Assembly (NCBI GenBank): GCA_965232515.1
Contig: CBDDPY010000002.1
Coordinates: 2,880,001-2,944,000 of the forward strand
Direction: 5' to 3'
DNA length: 64,000 bases
Source of the DNA: Alphaproteobacteria bacterium
Lineage (GTDB): Bacteria > Pseudomonadota > Alphaproteobacteria > GCA-2731375
Under the pieces are notes generated by a model. That model saw only the letters and a program-made list of their open reading frames with translations, did not search any database and had not been told where the DNA came from. The position numbers were made by a program, and so were the translations under genes. Position 1 is the first letter of the stretch, and every line of letters begins with the position of its first letter. This document shows, piece by piece, positions 17,768 to 26,752 of this stretch.

Positions 17768-18778
17768 TCAGCCTTGCACGACGCCGTTGCTCGCCGCGTC
17801 CCAACGCCAGAGCGGACCGGGACTCCGCAGATGCACGCCGCCGCACCAACGGTCGACGCCGTTCTCGGCAATCCAGTCGGCCTCGCCCGCCAGCAGGGCG
17901 CGGCCGAACTCGGTGAGCGCGATGGGATCGCGCCAACCGGCCGCCGGCGTCAGCGCCGGACGCCGCGCCGACGTCAGCGACTCGATATCGCTCCAGTACA
18001 TCAGGTCGCCGAGGAACGGCCGTTCCTCGAGTTCCGTGTGCAGGGCATGGAACGCCCGGCCCGGCGTGTCGGCGCCTTCGGTCACGGCGCGGAGCGTCAG
18101 GCGCTGGGTCAGGCTCAGGCCGGAATCCGTCCAGGGCAGTTCCTGCAGATGCCGTCGCAGGGCGGCAGCCAGATATGGCAACGCCGGCGGGTCTTCGGCG
18201 GCCAACGCGGCGAGCGCCGTCGGATCGGGATCCTGCAAGGCCCGCCAGGCGCGGCTGGCGAGATCGAACATTTCAGCCGTCACCGGCCGTTCCTGCCCGA
18301 GCAGGCCGGCGAGCTGCGTCGGGTCGAGCTGGCCGTAGCCGACGAACCGGTCAATGCCGGGAACATGGTCGGTCGAGAGCAGGTACAGGCGGTCGTGCAG
18401 ATCCGGCAGGCCCCTGAAATAGTCCAGCAGTCGGATCAGGATGGCCTGGTCGTAGAGGTCGTGCTCGAACCAGAGGATCACGCGGTCGTAGTTTGCCGCA
18501 TCGGCGAGCGCCGCCCATTCGCGCTCGAGACGGGCCTGGCAGTCCGCCGCCGTGCCCTGCCGCCAGGCCTCCGCGATGAATCGCCCGCGCCGCCGGTGCA
18601 GTTCGGCAACCTCGACGCCCGCCGGCACCGGCCCCCGGCAAACGGGGTCGGCGAATTCGAGAAAATCCCCCGGTACAGCGGCAGCCGCCAGCGTCTCTTT
18701 GATGTCGCTGCCGCAGCGGATATGCAGTTGGCGCGGCTCGCCCACCGTCGCCAGCTCGTTCGCGACCCCAGATGTCAT
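17768..18778 (-). CDS. DUF1835-like protein
   Basis: LHIRCGSD, DPVCRGPVP, LWFEHDLYDQ, DRWCGG. Confidence 0.75.
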   Translation of the reverse strand: MTSGVANELATVGEPRQLHIRCGSDIKETLAAAAVPGDFLEFADPVCRGPVPAGVEVAELHRRRGRFIAEAWRQGTAADCQARLEREWAALADAANYDRVILWFEHDLYDQAILIRLLDYFRGLPDLHDRLYLLSTDHVPGIDRFVGYGQLDPTQLAGLLGQERPVTAEMFDLASRAWRALQDPDPTALAALAAEDPPALPYLAAALRRHLQELPWTDSGLSLTQRLTLRAVTEGADTPGRAFHALHTELEERPFLGDLMYWSDIESLTSARRPALTPAAGWRDPIALTEFGRALLAGEADWIAENGVDRWCGGVHLRSPGPLWRWDAASNGVVQG

Positions 18779-18814
18779 GGTGTCAACCTAGGTGGTGGCC
18801 GCCAACGGGGCCAG

Positions 18815-18847
18815 AAAAAAAGCGCCCCCGGAGAAGATCCGGGGGCG
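18815..18847 (-). terminator. Rho-independent terminator of the sRNA
   Basis: CGCCCCCGGA-TCTTC-TCCGGGGGCG then CTTTTTTT on the minus strand. Confidence 0.8.
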
Positions 18848-18903
18848 AGTCTAACAGGGAGGTCGGAACCCATCAGGTTGGGGGGGAAGCCTTGAAGGGT
18901 TCA
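18815..18903 (-). ncRNA. suhB/MmgR (alpha-r8)-like small RNA
   Basis: Minus strand: GAACCC..C-rich loop..GGGTTC hairpin, CCTCCCTGTTAGACT core, then GCCCCCGGA/TCCGGGGGC stem + T7 terminator. Confidence 0.65.
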
Positions 18904-18913
18904 CTCTCCACAT

Positions 18914-18929
18914 TGCATCGCGCGTGCCA
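18914..18929 (-). promoter_or_regulatory. sigma54 (-24/-12) promoter
   Basis: TGGCACGCGCGATGCA vs consensus TGGCAC-N5-TTGCW, one mismatch; +1 falls at the base of the first sRNA hairpin. Confidence 0.65.
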
Positions 18930-19075
18930 GTTTTTGCCGGTACGGAAATCCGGCCTTTTTCGACTGTAGTTCGCCAATGGCACAACAAATTCTGTATCAA
19001 TCTGGGACGCATCCAGGTTCGATACAGACCTGAACGCAGCCCAGTTGGCATGGCTGCAGAACGGAAATAAATCTA

Positions 19076-19091
19076 TTGACCAATTGGTAAA
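19076..19091. promoter_or_regulatory. Palindromic TetR-type operator resembling the RutR box
   Basis: TTGACCAATTGGTAAA vs TTGACCAnnTGGTCAA, one mismatch; includes a -35-like TTGACC. Confidence 0.5.
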
Positions 19092-19186
19092 TCCAACGTA
19101 CCTTTTGACGGGTGGATGCAGTCGAGTGGCTAGCGTGTGGGGACGTGCGCCACGACAAGGGCAAATGGGGACAAGGAGAGCGATCG

Positions 19187-20290
19187 ATGGCGCTGGACAC
19201 GCTTCAGCAAGGCAAAGCCGACAACCTGGCCGAACGGATAGAGATGCCGCCGGCCGAAACCAGCGGCGCCGAGCCGGACGCCGCGCAATTGCTGTTTGGC
19301 GCGGAAGATCCGCCACCCTTTCCTGAGATGAACATCTTTCCGCTGGAATGGCGGGTCGAGACGCCGAAGCTGGAGGCAATCTACGATTCCGCCCGCGATC
19401 CCGGCTGGGCGCCGAACAAGCTGCCCTGGGACACGCTTGATCCGAGCGCCTTCACGCTCGATCAGCGCTACGCCATCTCCTACTGGTTTACGCTGCTGAG
19501 CGTGTTCGACGGTTCCGGCCCGGCCGTGTTCTCGCGCGCCTTCATTCACACCTGGGAGACGCACGAGGAAGACCCGATCCGCAAGTGCTTCTTCTCGATC
19601 GTCCGCGACGAGGTCAATCACGAGGAGATCTGCCAGCGCGCGATCCAGGCGATGACGCCGAACGGCCCGCTCGATTTCGAGCCGGAGACGCCGCTGGGCC
19701 AGCTCGCCCGCAACAACATCAAGTGGTACTACCACAACGGCTGCCGCTACTGGTCCGGCTTCCAGAAGGGCGTGCTGAAGTTCCAGCTGCCGATCCTGTT
19801 CACCTCGTTCCTGATGGGCGAGGTCGCCTCGTCGACGCTGTTCCATTCCATGTACCAGAAGACCTCGATCCCGGTGTTCAAGGAATGCTTCAAGCGCGTC
19901 GGCCAGGACGAGGCCCGGCACATGGGCATCTGCCTGACCGTGCTGGAGAACATCCTGCCGAACCTGACCAACGAGCAGCGCGAGATCATCACCAAGCAGA
20001 TCCGCGCCGGCTTCGTCTTCCTCTCAGGTATCCTCTACCTGCCGCCGGAGGATTTCTGGGAGCTCGGCCCGACCTTCCGCCCGGCGCACAAGCTGCTGGA
20101 GGAGACCGCCCGCGAGGCCGGCCTCGGCATCCTCACCGACGAGGAGCGCCGCGAGAACTGGCGCACCGCCGTGCTCAAGCTCAAGGGCCTGCTCGACCCC
20201 TACGGCGTCGAGTTCCCGGCCCTGCCCGAGATCGGCATCGACGGCAAAACCGTCGCCTTCGATCCCGACGACATTATCCCCGTCTTCTGA
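19187..20290 (+). CDS. Ferritin-like di-iron carboxylate protein (putative oxygenase/desaturase)
   Basis: Two DExxH motifs (RDEVNH, QDEARH) with candidate ligands SVFD and MGE; AAGGAG RBS; strong GC3 bias. Confidence 0.8.
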   Translation: MALDTLQQGKADNLAERIEMPPAETSGAEPDAAQLLFGAEDPPPFPEMNIFPLEWRVETPKLEAIYDSARDPGWAPNKLPWDTLDPSAFTLDQRYAISYWFTLLSVFDGSGPAVFSRAFIHTWETHEEDPIRKCFFSIVRDEVNHEEICQRAIQAMTPNGPLDFEPETPLGQLARNNIKWYYHNGCRYWSGFQKGVLKFQLPILFTSFLMGEVASSTLFHSMYQKTSIPVFKECFKRVGQDEARHMGICLTVLENILPNLTNEQREIITKQIRAGFVFLSGILYLPPEDFWELGPTFRPAHKLLEETAREAGLGILTDEERRENWRTAVLKLKGLLDPYGVEFPALPEIGIDGKTVAFDPDDIIPVF

Positions 20291-20336
20291 TGTCGTGACG
20301 TACCCCCGGACCGGCGACCACCGCCGGTCCACCTGT

Positions 20337-20378
20337 CAAAAAAATGGAGCGGCGTTAAAGGCGCCGCTCCGTCTTTTT
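20337..20378. terminator. Bidirectional Rho-independent terminator
   Basis: A-tract, GGAGCGGCG/CGCCGCTCC stem, T-tract, between convergent genes. Confidence 0.75.
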
Positions 20379-20414
20379 GGAGGTGTTTTTCGATTAAGCC
20401 CTGATCGCCGTCCG

Positions 20415-21455
20415 CTAAAGCACCGCCTCGGCAAGCACCTGCAGCGCCTCCGGCTTATTCACCCGGACCAGCATGGAGCCGACGTGGCGTTTGGCGCCGG
20501 CGTCCTTCCAGGCCTCGAGGCGGTCGCGGATGCGGTCGGCAGGACCGACCAACGCCATGGCGTCGACCAGGTCGTCGGGCACGGCGGCCACGGCCTCGGC
20601 GCGGCGGCCGTCCAGGAAGGCGTCCTGGATCTTCACCGCCGCCTCCTCGTAGCCCATGCGCTTGGCGTAGTCGTTGTAGAAGTTCTTATCGCGCGCGCCC
20701 ATGCCGCCGATGTAAAGCGCCAGGTTCTCCTTGATCGGCAGGCGGCAGGCGTCGAGATCGTCGCCCATGGCCACGGAGACGAACGGCGCGACCTCGAAAT
20801 CGTCGAGCCCCTTGCCGCCGCCGGCCTTCTCGAAACCTTCCGCCAGATAGGTCCCGTAGGCGTCGTAGCGCTCAGGAATCATGAAGAACGGGAAGATGCC
20901 ATCGGCCACCTCGGCGCTGGTGCGGATACCGGCGGGGGCGATGCTGGCGGTGTAGATCTTCAGGTCGGGCTTGGGGTGCAAAATGGTCTTCAGCGGCTTG
21001 CCGAGGCCGGTCGCGCCCTCGCCGTTGTAAGGGATCTGATAGTGGAAGCCCTCGTGCGTCAGCGGCTCCTGACGGGCGAAGATCTTACGGACGATCTCGA
21101 TATACTCGCGCGTCCGGGTCAGCGGCCGGCCATAGGGCACGCCGTGCCAACCTTCGACCACCTGCGGGCCCGACGGGCCGAGACCGAGGATGAAGCGGTC
21201 GCCCGAGAGCTGCTGCAGGGTCATGGCCGTCATCGCCGTGCAGGCGGGCGTCCGTCCCGGCATCTGCATGATCGCCGTACCGACCTTGATCTTCGTGGTG
21301 CGGGCCAGAATCCAGGTCGCCGGCGTCACGGCGTCCGAGCCCCAGGCCTCCGACGTCCAGACGCTGTCGAACCCAAGCCGCTCGGCCTCCAAGATCAGAT
21401 CCATGTGCGGGTCGTAATGCGGGCCGCTATAGCCCATGAGAAGGCCGAGACGCAT
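20415..21455 (-). CDS. LLM-class (probably F420-dependent) oxidoreductase
   Basis: WTSEAWGSDA, LGLGPSGPQVVEGWHG, YIGGMGARDKNFY. Confidence 0.85.
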   Translation of the reverse strand: MRLGLLMGYSGPHYDPHMDLILEAERLGFDSVWTSEAWGSDAVTPATWILARTTKIKVGTAIMQMPGRTPACTAMTAMTLQQLSGDRFILGLGPSGPQVVEGWHGVPYGRPLTRTREYIEIVRKIFARQEPLTHEGFHYQIPYNGEGATGLGKPLKTILHPKPDLKIYTASIAPAGIRTSAEVADGIFPFFMIPERYDAYGTYLAEGFEKAGGGKGLDDFEVAPFVSVAMGDDLDACRLPIKENLALYIGGMGARDKNFYNDYAKRMGYEEAAVKIQDAFLDGRRAEAVAAVPDDLVDAMALVGPADRIRDRLEAWKDAGAKRHVGSMLVRVNKPEALQVLAEAVL

Positions 21456-21619
21456 GGCGATGTCCTTTCCCTGTGCGTGTCCGACGGCGCGTCGCGGCGC
21501 CGCGTTGCTTGACCTCAAGGCCTATCGCAAACGCGTGACACGGGCAACCGGCACGGGCTGATCCGGTGCCGAAATTCAGTGACCGTTCAAACCGCCGGCG
21601 CGTTGGCGCGCCGATAGTG

Positions 21620-22081
21620 TCAGACCTTGTCGATGCGACAGGTGAGATCGAGGCGCAGCTTGCCGTTCTTGGCCCGACGGTCGAGGTCGATGCGGCGCGC
21701 CTTGGCCTTGCGCCGGAACGCGGCCATCAGCACCTCGCGCTCATCCTTGGTCAGATCGCGCGCGCTCAAGCTCACCTCGACACCGCCATTGGCCGGTTTC
21801 GGGGCCGATTTTCGCTTCGCCGTGGCGCTTGCCGCCTTGCCGTTGGCCCGCGCCGGCCTGCGGTCCGGCTTGCCGAAAACGGCGTTCCAGCCATCCCGGT
21901 ACTCGTCGGTGGAGACGCTGGAGAAATAGCTGATCGGCCGCGCCGGCGCCTTGCCGCCGCCGGACGACGAACTGCTGGAACTGGAACCGGAACCGGAGTC
22001 GCTCGACTTGGAGCCGCTGTCCGACTTGGACGAGGAAGACGAAGAGCTGGAATCGCTCTTTTTCGTTTTGTCGGCACTCAT
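21620..22081 (-). CDS. Hypothetical protein with Ser-rich N-terminus and basic C-terminus
   Basis: ATG with GAGG RBS; poly-Ser tract, RPISYFSSVSTDEYRDGWNAVFG core. Confidence 0.65.
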   Translation of the reverse strand: MSADKTKKSDSSSSSSSSKSDSGSKSSDSGSGSSSSSSSSGGGKAPARPISYFSSVSTDEYRDGWNAVFGKPDRRPARANGKAASATAKRKSAPKPANGGVEVSLSARDLTKDEREVLMAAFRRKAKARRIDLDRRAKNGKLRLDLTCRIDKV

Positions 22082-22236
22082 TGTTGAACCAACACCTCAC
22101 GTTTGCGCTGCCATGGGACCTGACGGGCGGCTCTATACCAAAACTGCCGAATTTTTCAATTCACAGCCGGCATGGCGGGCCGATAGCCCGCTTTCGGCTA
22201 TAGTGCCGGCGTCCGCGGTAATGGGAGGAGACGACG

Positions 22237-22710
22237 ATGGCCGAAGGCCTGCTGGACAAGTATTACGACGAGCTCTCGGTCGGCGACCGCATGGTGACGC
22301 ACGGCCGGACCATCACCGAAACCGATATCGTCATGTGGTGCACCCTGACCGGCGATATGTTCCTGATCCACACGGACCGGCACTATGCCGAGAAATCCAT
22401 GTTCGGACAGCGCATCGCGCCCGGCCTGATGGTGAACGCCTTCATGGCGGGCCTTGGCGTGCCGGCGGGCTCGCCCTCCATTCTGGCCAACTACGGCACC
22501 AACGAGCTGCGCTTCACGGCCCCGGTGTTCATCGGCGACACGCTGCACCTCGAAGCCGAGGTGGTCGAGAAGAAGGACCGCAAGCCGGGCCGCGACGGCG
22601 TGGTGACGCTGCAGTGGAACGCCGTCAATCAGAACGGCCGGACGGTGATGTCGAGCCAGTTGATGAGCCTGATGGCCTGCCGGCCGGCGGCGAAGGAGGC
22701 CGCGGCATGA
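22237..22710 (+). CDS. MaoC/PaaZ-type hotdog dehydratase
   Basis: RTITETD, GDMFLIHTD, RIAPG, FTAPVFIGDTL. Confidence 0.88.
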   Translation: MAEGLLDKYYDELSVGDRMVTHGRTITETDIVMWCTLTGDMFLIHTDRHYAEKSMFGQRIAPGLMVNAFMAGLGVPAGSPSILANYGTNELRFTAPVFIGDTLHLEAEVVEKKDRKPGRDGVVTLQWNAVNQNGRTVMSSQLMSLMACRPAAKEAAA

Positions 22711-23477
22711 GCGACGGCACCGTTCTGCTCGAGCGCCAGGGCGCGGTCGCCGAAATCGCCTTCAACCGACCGGAATCGAAAAACAGCCTGCGGCCGCAGG
22801 AGCTGGCGCTCTTGGCCGAGCACCTGGACGCGGTCGAGGCGTCGGACGCGCGCTGCCTGCTGCTGCGCGGCGAAGGCGGCGCCTTCAGCGCCGGCCGCGA
22901 TATCGCCGGCGCCGATCCGGCGACGGATGACAACGAGGCCCTGCTGAAGGACGGCATCAACCCGGTGTTGAAGCGGGTCAAGGACTTCCCTCTGCCGACC
23001 GTGGCGGCGGTCGAGGGGCCGTGCCTCGGCATCGGCTTCGGTCTGGCGTTTGCCTGCGATATCGTGCTCGCCGCCGATGACGCCGTGCTCGGCAGCCCGT
23101 TCCGCAACATCGGCTGCATCCTCGATTCCGGCGGCCACTGGTTCATGGCCGACCGCATCGGCACGCACCGGACGCTGGAGCTGATCTATACCGGCCGGCT
23201 GATCAGCGGCCGCGAGGCCAGCGACATGGGATTGATCAACCGGGCGCTCGCCCGGCTCGATCTGTTGCCGGAAGCGCGCAAGCTCGCCGGCAACATCGCC
23301 GCCGGACCGACGATCGCCTTCAAGATCTCGAAACGCATCCTGGCCGAGGGCGCGGACTACGCGCGCACGCTCGACCTGGAGGCGGAAGGCCAGGCCGAGG
23401 CCCTGCGCACCGAGGACGGCGTCGAAGGCTTCAAGGCCTTCCAGGAAAAGCGCCGGCCAACATTTCACGGCCGTTAG
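22707..23477 (+). CDS. Enoyl-CoA hydratase/isomerase (PaaG-like)
   Basis: FNRPESKN, AFSAGRD, GLAFACD, EGFKAFQEKRRP; ATGA overlap with MaoC. Confidence 0.88.
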   Translation: MSDGTVLLERQGAVAEIAFNRPESKNSLRPQELALLAEHLDAVEASDARCLLLRGEGGAFSAGRDIAGADPATDDNEALLKDGINPVLKRVKDFPLPTVAAVEGPCLGIGFGLAFACDIVLAADDAVLGSPFRNIGCILDSGGHWFMADRIGTHRTLELIYTGRLISGREASDMGLINRALARLDLLPEARKLAGNIAAGPTIAFKISKRILAEGADYARTLDLEAEGQAEALRTEDGVEGFKAFQEKRRPTFHGR

Positions 23478-23491
23478 GCGCGCCGCGATAG

Positions 23492-24091
23492 ATGGCGAAG
23501 ACGCGGGCCGAGCGGCACGAGGATCAGCAACGGCGCATCATCGAGGCGGCGGCGCGCCTGTTCGCCGAACGCACCTTCACGCGCACGTCCATAGCCGAAC
23601 TGGCCAGAGCCTGCGGCTTTTCGAAGCCGCTGCTGTACCACTATTTCGAGTCCAAGGAGGACGTGCTCTACCGCATGCTGCAGGCGCATATGCGCGATCT
23701 GCGGGCGGCGCTGGTGGGCGCGCACGACAGTTCGGACGACCCGCAAGGCCGGTTCCGCGCCTTCGTCTCGGCCTCGCTCTCGGTCTACACCGCCGTGCCG
23801 GAGAAACACGTGGTGCTGATGCACGACCTCGACTGCCTGCCGGAACCGCAGCGCGCCGAGATCGTGGCGGCGGAGCGGGAACTGGTGGAGCTCGTCGCCG
23901 ACATGCTGGCGGCGCTCAGGCCGGAACTGACGACGGACCGTCGCCTGCGCAAGCCCTATGCGATGATGTTCTACGGACTGCTGAACTGGACCTACATCTG
24001 GTACGACCCCAACGGCCCGGTGCCGCCGGAAGAGTTCGCCCAGCGCGCCTGCGACACGTTTCTCTACGGCTTCCTGCCCTCGAAGACCTAA
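23492..24091 (+). CDS. TetR/AcrR regulator (KstR2/PaaR-like)
   Basis: IIEAAARLF..SKPLLYHYFESKE; LNWTYIWYDPNGP. Confidence 0.9.
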   Translation: MAKTRAERHEDQQRRIIEAAARLFAERTFTRTSIAELARACGFSKPLLYHYFESKEDVLYRMLQAHMRDLRAALVGAHDSSDDPQGRFRAFVSASLSVYTAVPEKHVVLMHDLDCLPEPQRAEIVAAERELVELVADMLAALRPELTTDRRLRKPYAMMFYGLLNWTYIWYDPNGPVPPEEFAQRACDTFLYGFLPSKT

Positions 24092-25068
24092 ATCCGGCCG
24101 AAGTCGCTGCCGTATACCGCTTCGAGGCGTTCGAGCGCCTCGCGCGGCAATGGGCCCATCTCGGCGGCGGCAATGGCCTGTTCGAGGTGATCGAGCTCGG
24201 CAAGGCCCAGGACGACGCAATTGATGTCCTCGTCGGCGAGGGCAAAGCGGATCGCCGTCTGTGCCCGCGTCCCATAGGCATCGCCCAGCGCCGAGAACAC
24301 GGCGCGGGCGCGCTGCTCTTCCTCGCTGACAACGGTCGCGTCCGTGATCATGACCTCACGGCCGGTGCGCGCATCCGTCGCCAGCACGCCGGCGGCGAAC
24401 ACCCGAATGTTCATGACGCCCACGTCGCGCGCTTTGCAGGCCGCGATCAGGCCGTTGAAGTCGTGGCCCGACCACGCCGTCGGCATGGCCTGGCCGGCGC
24501 TCGGATTGAGCAGGTTGTAGTAGACCTGCGCCGTATCGAACCGGCCGCTGTCGACGACGCGGCACAGGCTGGCGGCATCGCCCAGCGCGGTGATGCCGGT
24601 GAAGCGCGTCAGCCCCTGCTCGCGCAACCGGTCGAGGCAATCGGCAACGCCGCCGGGGCCGATGACCTGGTCGACGCCGATCATCGTGTCGGTGGTCGCG
24701 GCGCCGATCGGGTTGTGCAGCTGCAGCAGGTCGACGGAACCGCGCCGCAACCGCTTCAGGCTGGCTTCAGCGCTGGCCTCGATCTGGTCGCCGATGTCAT
24801 CGAGCGCGCCGAGATCGAGCCTGACTTTCGTGGACAGATACGGCGTCTCGTCGATCTCGGCCAGCAGCCAGCCCAGCGCCTCTTCCGATTGGCCGTCGCC
24901 ATAGGACGGCGCCGTATCGATGAAGTTGATGCCGGCGTCCAGCGCGCGGCGGATGGCGGCGCGCTTGGTGTCGTCGTCGCGGTGGATCAGGATGCCGCCG
25001 ACCCAACCGCCGCCGAAGATCACCTCGGAGACCATCAGATCCGTCCGGCCGAACCTGCGATAGTTCAA
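24088..25068 (-). CDS. Aldo/keto reductase
   Basis: GINFIDTAPSYGDG.SE, STK, SLKRL..VDLLQLHN. Confidence 0.9.
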   Translation of the reverse strand: MNYRRFGRTDLMVSEVIFGGGWVGGILIHRDDDTKRAAIRRALDAGINFIDTAPSYGDGQSEEALGWLLAEIDETPYLSTKVRLDLGALDDIGDQIEASAEASLKRLRRGSVDLLQLHNPIGAATTDTMIGVDQVIGPGGVADCLDRLREQGLTRFTGITALGDAASLCRVVDSGRFDTAQVYYNLLNPSAGQAMPTAWSGHDFNGLIAACKARDVGVMNIRVFAAGVLATDARTGREVMITDATVVSEEEQRARAVFSALGDAYGTRAQTAIRFALADEDINCVVLGLAELDHLEQAIAAAEMGPLPREALERLEAVYGSDFGRI

Positions 25069-25119
25069 GACGGCCTCTCCTCTGTTGTCGCCGCGTCCCG
25101 GACGCGGCGGCGCCCGCGG

Positions 25120-25881
25120 CTATTGCGCCGACATGCCGCCGTCAACGGTCAGGACGCTGCCGGTGCTGAAGCCGGATTCGTCGCTCGCCAGGTAGAGCAT
25201 GGCATAGGCCACCTCCATGGGCGTGCCGAGCCGGTTCATCGGATGGCGCGCCTCGAGGCTGCGGCGCAGACCGCCGGGATCGTCGCTGCTGGCGAACATC
25301 TCGTCGAAATAGGCGGTCTCGATGGTGCCCGGCGCCACCGCGTTGATGCGAACGCCGTCGTCGACATGGTCCAGCGCCATGGCCCGGGTCAGCGCCGCGA
25401 CCGCGCCCTTGGACGCGACATAGGCCGCGCGGTCGCGAATGCCGATCGCCGCCACCACCGACGCGGTATTGACGATGACGCCGCCGCCCTGTTGGCGCAT
25501 GACCGGAATGACGTATTTGCAGCCGAGATAGACGCCACGCAGGTTGACCGCGATCAGCGCGTCCCAATCCGCTTCGTCGGTTTCGACGACGCTGCCGGTA
25601 ATGCCGTAGCCGGCGTTGTTCACCAGCACGTCGATGCGGCCGAAGGCGGCGACAGTGTCGTCGATCATGCGCTTGACATCAGCGCTCTCGGCAACGTCGA
25701 CCGCCGTCGCCTCGGCCCGGCGTCCGGCCGCCCGCGCCGCCCCCGCCGCGGCTTCGGCGGCTCCGGCATTCTTGTCGGCGATCATCAGATCGGCGCCTTC
25801 GGCGGCGAACAGGTCGCAGACCGCGCGGCCGATGCCCGAGCCGCCGCCAGTGATAATGACGATCTTGTTTTCCAGGCGCAT
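25120..25881 (-). CDS. Short-chain dehydrogenase/reductase
   Basis: TGGGSGIG, NNAG, YVASK. Confidence 0.9.
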   Translation of the reverse strand: MRLENKIVIITGGGSGIGRAVCDLFAAEGADLMIADKNAGAAEAAAGAARAAGRRAEATAVDVAESADVKRMIDDTVAAFGRIDVLVNNAGYGITGSVVETDEADWDALIAVNLRGVYLGCKYVIPVMRQQGGGVIVNTASVVAAIGIRDRAAYVASKGAVAALTRAMALDHVDDGVRINAVAPGTIETAYFDEMFASSDDPGGLRRSLEARHPMNRLGTPMEVAYAMLYLASDESGFSTGSVLTVDGGMSAQ

Positions 25882-25888
25882 GGCGCGG

Positions 25889-26695
25889 TTACCTCCCCCG
25901 CCAGACCGGTGGACGTTTTTCCAGGAAGGCGGCGATGCCTTCGCGGGCGTCCTCGGCCTGGAAGGCGCGCACCATCTGGTCAGCCACATAGTCATAGGCC
26001 TGGGCCCTGTCCATCTCGTACTGCCGGTAGAATGATCGTTTCCCCAGCGCCACGGCAAACGGCGACTTCGAGGCGATAACCGTCGCCAGCTCGGTCACGG
26101 TCGCGTCCAGCGCCGCCGGTGGCACGGCCTCGTTGATCAGGCCGAAACGCGCGGCCGTCTCGGCATCCATCAGCTTGCCGGTCAGCAGCATCTGCATGGC
26201 GTGCTTGCGGCTGACGGCGCGGCTGAGCGCGACCTGCGGCGTCAGGCACCAGAGCCCAATATTGACGCCCGGGGTGGCGAACTTGGCCTCGGTCGAGGCG
26301 ATCGCCAGGTCGCAGCTGGCGACGAGCTCACACCCGGCCGCCGTGGCCGTGCCCTGCACCTTGGCGATAACAGGCTTCGGCGAATCCACAATCGACTGCA
26401 TCATCCGGTTGCAGACCAGATTGGCGGCCCGTTTCTCCTCGCCGGAATTCGTCGCCAGGGACTCCTTGAGGTCGTGGCCGGTGCAGAACAGCCGCCCGCT
26501 CGCCGTGATCACCACGACGCGCACCGTGTCGTCCTCGGCGATCCGGTCGAACTCGGCCTGCAGATCGTGCACCAGGCCATGCGACAGACTGTTGCCCGAC
26601 GCCGGCCGGTTCAACGTCAGCGTGGCGATGCCGTCGGCATCGTCGCGCAACAGGACCGGTTCGACCGCGTCCTGAGCCTCGGGCTGCACCGACAT
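25889..26695 (-). CDS. Enoyl-CoA hydratase/isomerase
   Basis: FCTGHDL, ATAAGCELVASCD, FATPGVNIG. Confidence 0.9.
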   Translation of the reverse strand: MSVQPEAQDAVEPVLLRDDADGIATLTLNRPASGNSLSHGLVHDLQAEFDRIAEDDTVRVVVITASGRLFCTGHDLKESLATNSGEEKRAANLVCNRMMQSIVDSPKPVIAKVQGTATAAGCELVASCDLAIASTEAKFATPGVNIGLWCLTPQVALSRAVSRKHAMQMLLTGKLMDAETAARFGLINEAVPPAALDATVTELATVIASKSPFAVALGKRSFYRQYEMDRAQAYDYVADQMVRAFQAEDAREGIAAFLEKRPPVWRGR

Positions 26696-26752
26696 GATTC
26701 AGGTCCTCCTCGCACTGTCACGAGCGCGAGTATAGCACCAAGGGACGTGTGG

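Noticed and set aside
18978-18993. Second TGGCAC on the plus strand as a sigma54 promoter for the di-iron gene
   Set aside because: Lacks the -12 GC at the required spacing
21955-22055. Repetitive-looking DNA (GGAACC/GGAGTC/GACGA units)
   Set aside because: Encodes the poly-Ser tract; no constant repeat-spacer structure, so not CRISPR or a VNTR
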